Shown one piece after another: positions 63,043 to 64,000 of a DNA stretch of 64,000 nucleotides (its first letter is position 1; every line of letters begins with the position of its first letter). The notes under the pieces are model-generated. The model had not been told where the DNA came from. It worked only from the letters and a program-made list of their open reading frames with translations, and did no database searches. The DNA lies in the NCBI GenBank assembly GCA_045837725.1, contig JBEWZL010000272.1, positions 62,001 through 126,000 of the forward strand, read 5' to 3'. The stretch is from Vermamoeba vermiformis. Taxonomy: Eukaryota. Both the position numbers and the translations under genes were made by a program.

Positions 63043-64000
63043 ATGGAAGACACTCTAGTTGCTGGCATCCAGTTCTCCTTGAATAATTACTTGCATGACA
63101 ATGCTCTGTTTTTAGCGGAGCGGTTGCGAGCCTGCGTCAAGAATGAAACATCTCTATATCAATTAGGAACTGTTTACTTGCAAATGGGCAAGATAGCGAA
63201 GGTAAAACCGCATCTAAAAATTATTAACTGGCGCCAAATTTATTCAAATTTGTATTTGGAATATATTGGTGCATAATATTGTAGCTATATTATTTTTGTA
63301 TCGTATGTACGGCAAGACGTAATTTTATTCAATAATCGAATTAAGATCTTTTCTGATCCCGGATTGTAGGCCTATGAAGTGTTGAAGGACGCGCAATCCG
63401 AAGAAAATAGATATTTATTTGCATTAATTGCATTTAAACTTCAAAAATACAAAGAGGCAGAGTCATCATTGCTCGAGAGCGTGTCCCTGACAACAACAGC
63501 GCAAGGCATTCCCGAGACTGTTCCTAACGGTGCTGCCGGCTTCAATTTGCTCGGCATGATCTATAAGTAAGAGAATACGACATCAGCTGTTCCCAGATTC
63601 CTTATCAAATTCTTTTCAGGGCACAAAATATACAGATGAAAGCGAAGCAGTGCTTTACGAAGAGTTTGGAAATGAACCCGTTTCTTTGGACATCATACGA
63701 AGCCTTATGCTCATTAGGTCCGTATAAGCCTTATAATAGTGTTACGTAGCTAATATTGTTCCAGGCGAGGACGCGGATCCTGAGGTCTTCTTTGGTGCTG
63801 ATGAAAGTGCACTTGAAGATCATATGCAGTTACTTAAGAACACACGCGAGAGCGCGGAATTGACCCTACCGCTGCCCACAAAGAAAATGGAAGTTGACAG
63901 TAGCCTCGAACACACTGCAACCAAAAGGTACGGGATCGATGTTAGTACTTTGCAAACAGCTGACACGTTCTACCAGTCTATCATTCAAAACACCAAACGC
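63043..64000 (+). CDS. CDC27: Anaphase-promoting complex subunit CDC27/APC3, runs off window
   Basis: NALFLAERL, RYLFA, EAESSL, SLEMNPFLWTSYEALCSLG. Confidence 0.92.

Overview
Gene-dense nuclear DNA of an intron-rich unicellular eukaryote. Introns are mostly 45-120 nt GT-AG with CTAA-type branch points. The gene content is compatible with an amoeboid protist, but the taxon cannot be fixed from this window. About 33 protein genes were assembled by eye across introns. Recognisable genes: diaphanous-type formin, papain-family protease, EIF1AD, mitochondrial IF1, CRAL-TRIO protein, class II HMG-CoA reductase, RRM/zinc-knuckle SR protein, SHQ1, ENOPH1, CAMK-group kinase, three F-box proteins, EMC6, RPP30, DIM1, HAUS2 and CDC27. 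Most notable is a secreted, probably GPI-anchored protein (49660-52047) that is colinear with the unnamed C-terminal region of animal FRAS1/FREM matrix proteins and has a ZP-like cleavage site. Other highlights: a bacterial-type HMG-CoA reductase with a long extra domain and a peroxisomal -AKL end; a capping-protein-interaction motif hidden across an intron; a CpG-depleted pseudokinase-kinase gene with a decayed relic; a 160-bp MITE-like element with target-site duplications in two copies; a poison exon in the SR gene; and two candidate structured RNAs. Scattered single-base frameshifts and two garbled tracts point to assembly errors. All homology calls are motif recognition from memory; no searches were run.
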